The notes beneath the pieces were generated by a model, which saw only the letters and a list, made by a program, of their open reading frames with translations, was not told the DNA's origin and did not search any database. Positions 36,462 to 45,799 of a DNA stretch of 64,000 nucleotides are shown here, piece after piece. Source of the stretch: Marispirochaeta sp. Its GTDB lineage: Bacteria; Spirochaetota; Spirochaetia; JC444; Marispirochaetaceae. Position numbers and translations under genes: made by a program. Position 1 is the stretch's first letter; each line of letters begins with the position of its first letter. The DNA is taken from assembly GCA_963676835.2 (NCBI GenBank), contig CAXXFF010000001.1:64001-128000 (forward strand), read 5' to 3'.

Positions 36462-37418
36462 ATGATAGATCTTAATGTGATACGAAATACAGATTGCTTA
36501 ACTCATTGTTCAAAAGAAAAACGGAAAGATATAACTATCGGTGATCGTTGCTCTGAATGTACGTCAGTGATAGATGGACTTGAAGTAAGATGTGTTGGTC
36601 CATGGGGTAAAGAGAAAATACATCACCTCATCCAGTATTTTGGAATATTTGCAAGAGGAATGAAAGATAAATGGTCCGGGAAATTAAACTATATTGAAAT
36701 CTGTTCTGGACCAGGCCGTTGTATTGATCGTGAAACCGGCGACGAATTCAATGGTACACCTATAGCTATTGCAGAACATCCTGACAGGAAATACTTAAAT
36801 ACCGCCCTATTTTTTGATTATGAAAGTGAAATTGTCCACAGTCTCAATCATAGACTGAGCAAATATGCAGGGTCATCAATTAAAGCATCCCTTGGGGATT
36901 ACAATGATAGTAATACAATATGCAATATCTTGAATGATGCAATCGGGGGGAGGCAGTATTTAAACCTTGTTTTCATTGATCCGACTGATTGCAGTATCCC
37001 ATTCGCAACAATCAGAGATATAAAAAAAACCTTGAAATCGGCTGATCTCATAATTAACGTCGCAACAAAAACAGACTTCAACAGAAATGTACGTAATATT
37101 ATCGAAAAGAATGATAGATATCAAAATGCTTATAATAAATACACTGCATTTCTCGGGTCTGACAGCTATTTTCATAATAAAGATGTTGTAAGGTTTACAG
37201 CAAATAGAGATTATATAAATCTACGAAGATTATTTCGTGAACATTATATTGATTCTCTGCGGTCGATTGGATATAGCCATTTTGCCGTCACACCCATTAA
37301 CAATTATTATGATCTTCTTTTTGCTTGCGGTCACTCGCGTGGGCTTGATTTCTGGAATAAGATAAAAATGATTGATCATACAGGGCAGAGGGAGTTTGAT
37401 TTGTTCCAGGAAGATTAA
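36462..37418 (+). CDS. tcmP: Three-Cys-motif partner protein TcmP (methyltransferase-like fold)
   Basis: VGPWGKEK, YIEICSGPG, GTP, LVFIDP, YDLLFA..H.RG.DFW. Confidence 0.8.
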   Translation: MIDLNVIRNTDCLTHCSKEKRKDITIGDRCSECTSVIDGLEVRCVGPWGKEKIHHLIQYFGIFARGMKDKWSGKLNYIEICSGPGRCIDRETGDEFNGTPIAIAEHPDRKYLNTALFFDYESEIVHSLNHRLSKYAGSSIKASLGDYNDSNTICNILNDAIGGRQYLNLVFIDPTDCSIPFATIRDIKKTLKSADLIINVATKTDFNRNVRNIIEKNDRYQNAYNKYTAFLGSDSYFHNKDVVRFTANRDYINLRRLFREHYIDSLRSIGYSHFAVTPINNYYDLLFACGHSRGLDFWNKIKMIDHTGQREFDLFQED

Positions 37419-38228
37419 TTATTTATCTAAACCTGATTCGCTATACTGCTTGAGTCCGAACCTTTTTTTTAAACTATCCTTCCAGAATATCTTTTCATCA
37501 TCTTTATAGAGATCATATAGATTGTTAAAATATGGCGATTCATACAGATTAAGAAGTTCAATAGCCTTCTTTCGATTATTCTCAGAAAGAACTCCGTTTT
37601 GCCGCATCCGTTGAAACAGAAAGTTTGCTTCTCCTATCCATATCCCACCACTGATAAAATCATAAATATCTTCAATCAAGTCCTGTGCGGAATCGTCTAA
37701 TACAGGCTCCATAGAAATACTTGTACTGAATCCATTTCTATAAGCATAACGAACAGAACTGAGCCGTTCAGAAATGTCCGGTGCTCCAGGCTCCCAGAAA
37801 CTCAATGTTTCGTTATCAATAGATCCAATAGTAAAACGGAATAAGATTTTTTCTTTCTCTCCATAGAAAGTAGAACAAATTTTCTCAATGCACTCTGAAT
37901 GCGGTTTTGTGACAATCAGTAACTCGTTTCCCGTAGCCAAGATATCAGAAATAGCTGCGAGAGCCTCCTCTATAAAATCTGGAACAATATCATGCGTAGA
38001 TGGGTACATTACCCTGCCGTCGTAGATTTTCTTTTTGCTATATTTGTTATGGGTATAAACTGGATCTTTCCAAGACTCAGAAGTGCTACGTTTAAAGCGA
38101 ATTGCCATAGCTTTGCTATAACAGTACAGACAGTCATGCGGACAACCGAGGATGTTATTGAAGGTACATGATGCCCATTCTTCTGTTCCGAAAGCAGAGC
38201 GTTTACTTTTTTCAACTACCACCGGCAT
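37419..38228 (-). CDS. Radical SAM protein (SPL/DUF5131-related)
   Basis: GCPHDCLYCY (CX3CX2C), LIVTK, WEPGAP...R, SISMEP, IWIG. Confidence 0.85.
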   Translation of the reverse strand: MPVVVEKSKRSAFGTEEWASCTFNNILGCPHDCLYCYSKAMAIRFKRSTSESWKDPVYTHNKYSKKKIYDGRVMYPSTHDIVPDFIEEALAAISDILATGNELLIVTKPHSECIEKICSTFYGEKEKILFRFTIGSIDNETLSFWEPGAPDISERLSSVRYAYRNGFSTSISMEPVLDDSAQDLIEDIYDFISGGIWIGEANFLFQRMRQNGVLSENNRKKAIELLNLYESPYFNNLYDLYKDDEKIFWKDSLKKRFGLKQYSESGLDK

Positions 38229-38310
38229 AATAATTTCCCCTTATTTCTTTTTCAAGTATATAACTTTTAACCTCATCTTGCACTATTTTTGATTAGTTAA
38301 CTTGCAATTC

Positions 38311-39492
38311 TTACTCCCACAATTGATTTATCTTATCCCTTACACCTTCCGGGATCCGCTCAATCAACTGCTGATCTGTCGGGTGATCATATCGCCTTGT
38401 CATTGCCTCAGTCCTGTGCCCCATAAGGCCCTGGGTCTCTTTTCTATCAAGAATCTGTAGCGCATAGGTATTAAAACTGTGACGAAGGTTATATTGAGTG
38501 CGGTCGCGGCGGTCTATTCCGGCCCTATCACAGCTGGCCTTGAAATGTTTATTTGAGGTGTCTGATTGAACACCACCTTTCGCCTCCTGCGGCGTAAATA
38601 TCTGATCAGACGGCTCTGTGTGCTCGCTGGTGGCCTCGTGGAGCAATAAAAGCTCCTCTGCCCTTCTCGGTAGTGTTACGGCACGTGTATACCCTGTTTT
38701 TGTGCCTCTCATGATCTTTTTCGTGTCAGGATCAACCTTCTGGGTGATTGCAAGACCATGAAGTGTTCTTGACCATTTACCCCATGTCAGGGCACCAACT
38801 TCTTGCGGCCTGAGACCTGCAGATCCCATCACCATGAAGTATGCAGCCCATTCCAGGGATCCCCAGATCATTATCAGATCATCGAGGTCATGAGGAAAAA
38901 GTTTCCCAAGCTCTTCCGGAGAAAATATCTCCTGCTCGACTTTATCAATATCCTGATACCAGACCATCCCCTGTGTCGGATCCCGTTCAAGAATTCCCTG
39001 GGTAACAGCCTCACGCATAATATGCCTGAAAGCGGTAAGTATCTTGTTCTTTGCTTCAGCTTTAAGTGGTGTTCTTCCGTCCCTGGTAGACTTGATATCG
39101 AGTAGATAATCATCTATTGCACCCTGGCGGATAGCCGGCAGAATCAGGTTGCCGAATCCAGGGAGTATATAATTCTCCAGACAGCTGCGCATTCGCTTGA
39201 TATGCAAGGATGAAAAGGTCTGTCCCTTTGCCTGCATTCTGCGAAGCCATGGACAACGCCCGGTGATATAGAAATTACGGGTAAATTCTTTCAGCGTTAA
39301 TTCTGCAGAAATCTCTTCCTGGACGGTTACTTCATAATTTGCAGCCCATATTTCAGCTTCTTCCGGATTATCAGTGCCGGTTGATATCCATTTTCCAGGC
39401 ATTGCACGGAACATTACATAAATAATTTCTCCGGATTTTAACTTTCGATTCATAAATCGATACGGTTTTCCGCTGCCTTTTTTTCGTGGCAT
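38311..39492 (-). CDS. Phage integrase (tyrosine recombinase)
   Basis: GLRPQE, TKT, YNLRHSF, LMGH, RRYDH; adjacent to tRNA 3' end. Confidence 0.93.
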   Translation of the reverse strand: MPRKKGSGKPYRFMNRKLKSGEIIYVMFRAMPGKWISTGTDNPEEAEIWAANYEVTVQEEISAELTLKEFTRNFYITGRCPWLRRMQAKGQTFSSLHIKRMRSCLENYILPGFGNLILPAIRQGAIDDYLLDIKSTRDGRTPLKAEAKNKILTAFRHIMREAVTQGILERDPTQGMVWYQDIDKVEQEIFSPEELGKLFPHDLDDLIMIWGSLEWAAYFMVMGSAGLRPQEVGALTWGKWSRTLHGLAITQKVDPDTKKIMRGTKTGYTRAVTLPRRAEELLLLHEATSEHTEPSDQIFTPQEAKGGVQSDTSNKHFKASCDRAGIDRRDRTQYNLRHSFNTYALQILDRKETQGLMGHRTEAMTRRYDHPTDQQLIERIPEGVRDKINQLWE

Positions 39493-39545
39493 AGCGCCCC
39501 CCTTATCGTAAAATGCATCTGGATCCGAACCGAAGACCCGTTTTC

Positions 39546-39603
39546 GTGTGCACAAAAACGAATTTTACAGGTGTTGAAAACATATACAGTGTGTACAAAA
39601 ACG
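39546..39603. repeat. 15-bp direct repeat pair, candidate integrase arm sites
   Basis: GTGTGCACAAAAACG (39546) and GTGTGTACAAAAACG (39589) between int and tRNA. Confidence 0.55.
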
Positions 39604-39681
39604 TGCAAATTACAGCTTGTTGGCCAGTGCTTACAATTATAAAGATAATCCGTAAATCGTTATATGTAAAGAATTAGACAC

Positions 39682-39711
39682 AAAAAAAGCACCTCTGAAA
39701 AGAGGTGCTTT
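39682..39711 (-). terminator. Intrinsic terminator after tRNA-Thr
   Basis: AAAGCACCTCT-GAAA-AGAGGTGCTTT with U-tract on minus strand. Confidence 0.85.
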
Positions 39712-39713
39712 CT

Positions 39714-39787
39714 AGCCGACTCTCGGATTCGAACCGAGGACCCCGAGATTACAAGTCACGTGCTCTGGCCAGCTGAGCTAAGTCGGC
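39714..39787 (-). tRNA. tRNA-Thr(TGT)
   Basis: GCCGACT/AGTCGGC acceptor, CT-TGT-AA anticodon loop, GGTTCGAATCC. Confidence 0.97.
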
Positions 39788-39801
39788 GTTACGTGAGACG
39801 C

Positions 39802-39830
39802 ATACTATTAAACATGGGGAGGAAAGTCAA
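39802..39830 (-). promoter_or_regulatory. Sigma70 promoter of tRNA-Thr
   Basis: TTGACT-17 bp-TAGTAT, overlapping the end of map. Confidence 0.75.
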
Positions 39831-40599
39831 GAGAAATGAAGGAATCTTTTTCCATAGTAAGAACCTCAACATGGTCGGAAAAAACAGCTACGGTATGCTC
39901 AAACTGGGCGGTACTGGCACCGTCTCTGGTAATCTGGGACCAGCCGTCTTCATAGAGAGTTGTCTCCCCGTTTCCGCAGGTAAGGATAGGTTCCACCGTA
40001 AGCACCAGGCCGGGAACTACCGGGATGGGCAACTGGGAAACAGCAGTATGCAGAACCTTCGGATCTTCATGAATCGAACGGCCAATACCATGGCCCACAA
40101 AGTTTGGCAGCACCCGGCAACCGTTCTCTTTTGCTACCTTCTCCACCGCGATACCTACGGTGTTGAGATAACCACCTGCATGCAGAGCCTGTATACCGGC
40201 GTTTGTCGCCTGCCAAGCTGCCTTCAGCAACCGTTTGGACGATGCACTGAGAACACCTATACCGTAGGTCCAGGCCGCATCTCCATGCCAGCCATCTTTT
40301 TCCGTAGTTATATCTACAGAAACAAGGTCTCCATTCTGCAGCACCCCGTCTTTAATCACACCGTGGGCGGCAATGTTATTGATAGAAATGCAGAAGTCCT
40401 CCGGGTAACCGTGAAAACCTCTCAAAGCGGTGTTCACCCCTCTGCCTGCCAGAAACTGCATGCAGAACCTGCGTATATCAGATATGGAAGTTCCAGGAAC
40501 CATCAGAGGAGAAAGCTCCCGAAACAAGTCGCGGATGGGAATACAGGCAGCTTTGATTCTCATAACCTCCAGGCGGGTTTTGAGCTCTACATCTGTCAT
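39808..40599 (-). CDS. map: Type I methionyl aminopeptidase
   Basis: CISIN..AHG, DLVSVD....GWHGD, GHGIG..IHEDP, TVEP, AQFEHT. Confidence 0.95.
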   Translation of the reverse strand: MTDVELKTRLEVMRIKAACIPIRDLFRELSPLMVPGTSISDIRRFCMQFLAGRGVNTALRGFHGYPEDFCISINNIAAHGVIKDGVLQNGDLVSVDITTEKDGWHGDAAWTYGIGVLSASSKRLLKAAWQATNAGIQALHAGGYLNTVGIAVEKVAKENGCRVLPNFVGHGIGRSIHEDPKVLHTAVSQLPIPVVPGLVLTVEPILTCGNGETTLYEDGWSQITRDGASTAQFEHTVAVFSDHVEVLTMEKDSFISLDFPPHV

Positions 40600-40952
40600 A
40601 CAGGGAGAAGCCAGGCCTGAAGAAATTTCATGGAAAAGAGCAGAACAATAATTACAAAAAGGCCTGCGGCAGCACTGATCCAGACAGAAAGTGAAAATTC
40701 ATGACCGATAACCGCAAACAGTAAGGTCCCTCCTAAAAGAACAAAAAGCAATATGCCGCTTATAAGCGAGGTTGTTTCCACCATACCGATGAGAAACTCC
40801 AGAGTGGAATCGAGAAAATTCTGATAATTACCAAGCAGAAACAGAAGAAACAGTATAAGCACTAACAGAAATGAAAAAAGAGAGATTCTTCTGAGAAAAT
40901 GCATAAACCAGATATTTTTAAAATTGCCTTTCACTGAGTTAGACAGTATCAC
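40596..40952 (-). CDS. Hypothetical membrane protein
   Basis: Three hydrophobic segments; overlaps map start. Confidence 0.7.
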   Translation of the reverse strand: MILSNSVKGNFKNIWFMHFLRRISLFSFLLVLILFLLFLLGNYQNFLDSTLEFLIGMVETTSLISGILLFVLLGGTLLFAVIGHEFSLSVWISAAAGLFVIIVLLFSMKFLQAWLLPV

Positions 40953-41014
40953 AGAAAAATAAAAATGAACAATAATCTTGATAGTTACCCGGTCTGAATA
41001 TAGAATACCTCAAG

Positions 41015-41917
41015 ATGAACAAGGCCGCCGAAGATACCGTCACTTCTCTGTATAAAAAATACAGCAGCCAACTTCTTCCCGTACAAACATCCCAAACTCC
41101 GGTACTTCCTCTACTGCCCATAATTGATACAGTTCTTTTTGATGTATACGGAACCCTGGTAATAAGCAGCAGTGGAGATGTGGGTACAACTGCAACTGAT
41201 TCTTCCGCATCTGCCTTTGCTGAAATTTTTACCACTGAAACAGGCTTAGACCTTCCTGACAACGCCGACATCAACATGCTGGTTAAAGATGAAATTCTTA
41301 AAAGCCACGGCAAAAGCCGCGAAAAGGGAATTAAATTCCCCGAGGTTGAAATACGCGATATCTGGAAAAATATTTTTGCCGGACTGAACAGGGATTATGA
41401 CTGCAATCTTCCGGTAGAGAGCAAAACGGTAAGGATTGCTGCGGTTGCTTACGAACTTTCCCGCAACCGGGTCTGGCCTATGCCGGGAAGTGCTTCTCTT
41501 CTTAAGCATCTGAAATCTTCCGGAATTGAACTCGGCATAATTTCCAATGCCCAGTTTTACACACCACAGATGCTGAACTGTTTTTTTCCCCTTGAAACAT
41601 CCTTTTTTCCGGAGAAAAACTGTATCTGGTCATATATTGAAGGCCGGGGAAAGCCTGACACTCAACTTTTTCAGAAATTTTTAACCGAAAATACCGGAAA
41701 ATCCCCTGAGCAAATTCTCTATGTCGGCAATGACATGCTGAATGATATCTATACCGCCGCTGAATGCGGCATGAAAACTGCTCTTTTTGCAGGAGATCAA
41801 CGGTCCCTGCGTTTGCGTGAAAACGATCCAAGGACCAAAAATATTACCCCAGATGCGGTACTGACATCCCTTGATCAGCTGTTGACTGTTCTGGGAATTG
41901 ACAACAGGTGCGAATAG
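41015..41917 (+). CDS. HAD-family hydrolase
   Basis: FDVYGTL, GIISN, KPD, YVGNDMLND. Confidence 0.9.
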   Translation: MNKAAEDTVTSLYKKYSSQLLPVQTSQTPVLPLLPIIDTVLFDVYGTLVISSSGDVGTTATDSSASAFAEIFTTETGLDLPDNADINMLVKDEILKSHGKSREKGIKFPEVEIRDIWKNIFAGLNRDYDCNLPVESKTVRIAAVAYELSRNRVWPMPGSASLLKHLKSSGIELGIISNAQFYTPQMLNCFFPLETSFFPEKNCIWSYIEGRGKPDTQLFQKFLTENTGKSPEQILYVGNDMLNDIYTAAECGMKTALFAGDQRSLRLRENDPRTKNITPDAVLTSLDQLLTVLGIDNRCE

Positions 41918-41946
41918 TCCGCACTCTTTTAACAGGAGATACTTGT

Positions 41947-42792
41947 ATGAGAAAGTTTATGATAAGCCTTGTATTGCTTCTAATAGCCGGAGGAACGGTG
42001 TTCTACTTCGGATATGTACCATTCCGCATCGGCAAGGGCAACTATGGCGTGGTGTACACAAAAACCAACGGGTGGAACCACCCGGTTATTATACCCGGCG
42101 AATTTCACTGGTTCTGGCAGGGAGTCTTTCCGACAAACCTCAAATATTTCCAGATAAGTCTCTCCCGGCGCGATACTGCCGTTAACCTGCAGGGAACTCT
42201 CCCTTCCGGAGAAACATACAGCGACTACTCTGAAACTGCGGAAGATTTCTCCTACACGGTAAAAGCTTCAGTTTCCTATACCCTGGATCCCCATGTGCTG
42301 CCGGATCTTTTATCCAGCCATAAGGTAGAAACCAGTGTGGACTTTAACGCCGAGGCCCTCTCTCTTTCCGATCTGTATCAGAGGCTTGATGCAAGAATAA
42401 TGAGCACCGCCGATGATTCTCTTCAGGCAATACTCAAAAAAGGTGTCAATTATTTAAGCGGAGGAGAATACCGTCAGGAACTGGAAAAAGCCCTGCAGAC
42501 TGCCGTGCCCGAACTTGGTGATCTGGAGGTTATAGTTAAATCTTTTACATTTCCCGATGTAGATCTTTATAACAGCGTTCGCAGCAATTACATAGCCTAC
42601 CTTAACCGAAATAATGAACTTACCCTTACTGCCATGCAGACCGCTTCTTCGGTTAAGGCGAAGGAACTCAGCCGCATAGAGGTTCTCAAGGAGTACGGAG
42701 CACTCCTGGAAGAGTATCCGGTCCTGATGGATTATTATAATACCGGTGCAAGCACCGGGCCGCTTATAGTCCTGCCCGATACCGAGCAGTAA
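41947..42792 (+). CDS. Membrane-anchored hypothetical protein (SPFH-like N-terminus)
   Basis: AGGAG RBS, N-terminal TM, GVVYTKTNG....PG.F.W. Confidence 0.7.
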   Translation: MRKFMISLVLLLIAGGTVFYFGYVPFRIGKGNYGVVYTKTNGWNHPVIIPGEFHWFWQGVFPTNLKYFQISLSRRDTAVNLQGTLPSGETYSDYSETAEDFSYTVKASVSYTLDPHVLPDLLSSHKVETSVDFNAEALSLSDLYQRLDARIMSTADDSLQAILKKGVNYLSGGEYRQELEKALQTAVPELGDLEVIVKSFTFPDVDLYNSVRSNYIAYLNRNNELTLTAMQTASSVKAKELSRIEVLKEYGALLEEYPVLMDYYNTGASTGPLIVLPDTEQ

Positions 42793-42816
42793 TGGTAATT
42801 TCCAGAATGGAACCAG

Positions 42817-43317
42817 ATGGAATTCTTCTTTAATTTTCCCAAAGGTGAATATGTGCGGGCTGCTCATCCGGATGGATGTATCCTCTGCAGGCTCTGTGCA
42901 CACGATCCGGAGGTGCCGAATCTCTGCGTTTTTGCTACCGAACTGTTTGCAGTATCAGTAAACCTCTACCCCTTCAATCCCGGGCATCTTTTGGTCTATC
43001 CACTGCGGCATATAGAAGATGTCAGGGAGTTGAGCAGGGAAGAAGAAACTGAAATGGGACAGATTCGCAACAGCATGCTTGATGCGCTGGATAATTTGTA
43101 TTCTCCCCATGCATACAACATCGGGTTTAATATGGGTCGTGTGGCAGGCGCCTCAATACCGCATATCCATCTTCACATAATTCCCCGTTACCCCAACGAA
43201 ATCGGCATACCGGAGCTTATGGGCGGGAAACGGGTGCTTGTAGAAGATCCCCGGGAGACACGGGAAAAACTTATCAACTACTTTGAACGCCGGCCTTTCT
43301 CTATCCGCAATATCTGA
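42817..43317 (+). CDS. HIT-domain protein
   Basis: CILC, NLYPFNPGHL, HIHLHIIPR. Confidence 0.93.
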   Translation: MEFFFNFPKGEYVRAAHPDGCILCRLCAHDPEVPNLCVFATELFAVSVNLYPFNPGHLLVYPLRHIEDVRELSREEETEMGQIRNSMLDALDNLYSPHAYNIGFNMGRVAGASIPHIHLHIIPRYPNEIGIPELMGGKRVLVEDPRETREKLINYFERRPFSIRNI

Positions 43318-45026
43318 TTAAAGAGATTGAGAAACTGATCAATATGATCGCTCCATACGGTAAGCAGATTCTCAAGGGATGTAGGCTTGTTATTCAGGTA
43401 AAAATGACTTCTCAGCTGTATCTTCACATTGTCTGATTTGCTGTATAGAATTTCCTGAAAAACCTTGGCAAGACCGCTCAGAGACTCATGGGCTCGCTCT
43501 ATGAGCGATTTAACCTCACGGTCCTTCTGAATAACCAGAGTCCGGAACATCTTCTGATGAGTAGGATCTCCAGCCAGAGAAAAACGCAGCCGGTGAAACT
43601 GTTTACCGTCTTCAGCATCATTGGACAAAGAGTTATCAAACTGCATTATCTTGTCCTCAAGATCCTCCAGATTAGATGCATAGGTGAGCAGTCGGTCCCG
43701 GGTAATCCTGTTCTGATCAACCACCGACCGTTCCAGAATCCTTACCACATCCTGCATATGCTCTCTGTAGTAGTTTATAATATAGTTGTAGACAAGATTA
43801 ACCGATTTTGTATGAATAAAAAACGGCAGCTCAGCAGCCTTGTAATCGATGCTGGTGTACATGCGGTAGTTGCGGAAATTAACGAAGCGCTTATTATGAA
43901 AAAACTTGGAGACTTCCCGGTCGATGTAGGTATCTCTAACCTTTTCAAAAATACGGTCCAGGTCTCCTAAAAGCCGTATTTTTAATATCGACAGGTAGAA
44001 TTCCTGAAGGTTCAAAGTGGGCATATAAAAAATCAGCTGATAATAGGGATCTTTGCGGAAATAACGGATAACATCCGCCAGAGGCACATCCCGGTTAAAC
44101 TTCTGGGCTGTCTTTATTGCGGTTTTTATGGCCGGAACCAGATCTGTCACCTCTTCCTCTTCTTCAGAAGAAAAAATCCTCCCAATCAGATCATCATCAA
44201 GATCGGTGTTATCGGAAATCTTGGATACTATGTAAACGGAGTAGTAAAGCCTTTCCATAATATCAAGAACCAGGTTGGCGGAGGCATTTTTGAAAAAAGG
44301 TTCACTCTCCTCAATATCTCTGGGTTCAACATAATGGAAAAACTGGAAGAGACTGTTGAAAGGAAACATGACAATTTCCTTAAGATAATAAACAGGCAGA
44401 ATAGATTCTTCCAGGGTGCTGTAAACTCCCGGATCAATGGAGCGGGTATACTCTTCAAGCTTATCGTGGATTTCGGAACGCAACAAAGCCTTTGTTCCGT
44501 TGGCTGCGTAAATCTCCACCATCTCTTCCAGGCTTAAAAGGTCTTCTATAGAGTGAACCACTTTATCCAGATCTTCTTCTATAAGAAGCGCAAGAACCTC
44601 CTGGAAATATTCCGCCTGGGACCAGAGTTTTTTAAAACCCGGGCGCAGGGGCAGGATATCCTTAAATACCGAAAAGATACGTTTACCAAATTTTTCATAG
44701 AGCACCTGTGTCTCAAAACCGACATATCCGGGGATTTTATGACGAATGGTCCTTCTCACTGCACTGAGCCTGCTGTCGTTAAAAGCGCTGGTGAGAGATT
44801 TCCCGGAAAAAGTACGCCGAAACCAGAGCATAAGCCTCTGTACCCAGTTGAGGCGGGAGATTTCGCCTTCTACCATTCTGCGCCGCTCTTCCCGGTTGGG
44901 ATCCTTATGATAGATATTATCTGCGCTGTCGGCATTGAAACTGAGGCTGTCACTGATTTTCTTTAAAAGAGCCCGGCGTTCATCATCGCCCAACGCCTGG
45001 CTCAACTCTCTAAGTACTTCGCTCAC
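43278..45026 (-). CDS. Conserved spirochaete hypothetical protein (DUF5312-like)
   Basis: 582-aa helical ORF coupled to thiamine diphosphokinase. Confidence 0.65.
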   Translation of the reverse strand: MSEVLRELSQALGDDERRALLKKISDSLSFNADSADNIYHKDPNREERRRMVEGEISRLNWVQRLMLWFRRTFSGKSLTSAFNDSRLSAVRRTIRHKIPGYVGFETQVLYEKFGKRIFSVFKDILPLRPGFKKLWSQAEYFQEVLALLIEEDLDKVVHSIEDLLSLEEMVEIYAANGTKALLRSEIHDKLEEYTRSIDPGVYSTLEESILPVYYLKEIVMFPFNSLFQFFHYVEPRDIEESEPFFKNASANLVLDIMERLYYSVYIVSKISDNTDLDDDLIGRIFSSEEEEEVTDLVPAIKTAIKTAQKFNRDVPLADVIRYFRKDPYYQLIFYMPTLNLQEFYLSILKIRLLGDLDRIFEKVRDTYIDREVSKFFHNKRFVNFRNYRMYTSIDYKAAELPFFIHTKSVNLVYNYIINYYREHMQDVVRILERSVVDQNRITRDRLLTYASNLEDLEDKIMQFDNSLSNDAEDGKQFHRLRFSLAGDPTHQKMFRTLVIQKDREVKSLIERAHESLSGLAKVFQEILYSKSDNVKIQLRSHFYLNNKPTSLENLLTVWSDHIDQFLNLFNQILRIEKGRRSK

Positions 45027-45655
45027 TGCCTGTCCTCCGGCCCCAGATCGTATATCATAATGAGCCGACCACTTTTCATTTTTATCTCTATATGATCATC
45101 AAGTGCAATATTGCTTATCCCGAAATCACCGGGTTTCCACGAAAGCCGATCAAGAGGCCACTTCAGCCCTTCGGTGCTCATTTCAGCAGTCTGCATCCCA
45201 ACGGGGAAAAAGGAAAGCCTTCTACCAGGAACTGTTTTGATATCTGCAGTCCCCGAGATAAGGGATATGTGCTCCCTGTGGGTATACCAGTGATCAGGGG
45301 GATTATCCCGGTGAAACAGTGATATGATGGCATAGAGGTGATCCAGGCGCCCGCCTCCACCGCCAATAACATGTATGGTATCAGCACCTCTATCCCTGAG
45401 CAGATCTATGCCCAATTCGGTATCTGTCTCATCCTTATCGCGCTTGTGGCGATGCTGTATGAGATCGGGATACTGCTCAAGCAGTTCCGGACTGACAGAA
45501 TCAAAATCACCAATGATCTCATCGGGGTACAAACCGAGTGATGCCGCATGGCTTAAACCGGAATCGGCAGCCACGACCACATCCCAGGGCCTGAAAAGCC
45601 CTTCCATATCTTTCTTACTTGGGGCTTTTCCCCCGATCAGCAGACAACCTTCCAT
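45023..45655 (-). CDS. thiN: Thiamine diphosphokinase
   Basis: AADSG, IGDFDS, DKDETDTE, GGRLDH, GLKWPL, GISN. Confidence 0.93.
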   Translation of the reverse strand: MEGCLLIGGKAPSKKDMEGLFRPWDVVVAADSGLSHAASLGLYPDEIIGDFDSVSPELLEQYPDLIQHRHKRDKDETDTELGIDLLRDRGADTIHVIGGGGGRLDHLYAIISLFHRDNPPDHWYTHREHISLISGTADIKTVPGRRLSFFPVGMQTAEMSTEGLKWPLDRLSWKPGDFGISNIALDDHIEIKMKSGRLIMIYDLGPEDRQ

Positions 45656-45720
45656 TGCTTCTTCTTTCGAATAGAATACCAAAGGGGAGAAATATTTGCA
45701 AACTATGTAAGAAAAATTAC

Positions 45721-45747
45721 TTAAGAGCTTTTTAAGAGATCCGAAAA
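45721..45747 (+). promoter_or_regulatory. Sigma28-type promoter of flaB
   Basis: TTAA-N15-TCCGAAAA. Confidence 0.65.
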
Positions 45748-45758
45748 TTAAAGGTGAA

Positions 45759-45774
45759 GGGACAAGGATGTCCC
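45759..45774 (+). promoter_or_regulatory. CsrA-binding hairpin in flagellin leader
   Basis: GGGACA-AGGA-TGTCCC stem-loop; second GGA in the SD (ACGGAGGA). Confidence 0.75.
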
Positions 45775-45799
45775 TAATTACAACATCACGGAGGATGTT

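Larger units (their letters stand above)
27070..39713. mobile_element. Truncated prophage-like integrative element at tRNA-Thr
   Basis: Integrase beside tRNA 3' end, divergent repressor/RHH switch, long operon of small overlapping phage-type genes; no structural genes; left end cut by IS3. Confidence 0.85.

Noticed and set aside
16000..39700. CRISPR array or cas genes near the WYL gene
   Set aside because: No regularly spaced repeat-spacer series and no Cas motifs seen
7326..39713. Second att site (duplicate of the tRNA-Thr 3' end)
   Set aside because: Looked for AGCCGACTCTCGG-like sequence at the likely boundaries and did not find it; element end left undefined
39760..40620. 286-aa plus-strand ORF
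   Set aside because: Antisense shadow of map; many other shadow ORFs in the track were dropped for the same reason
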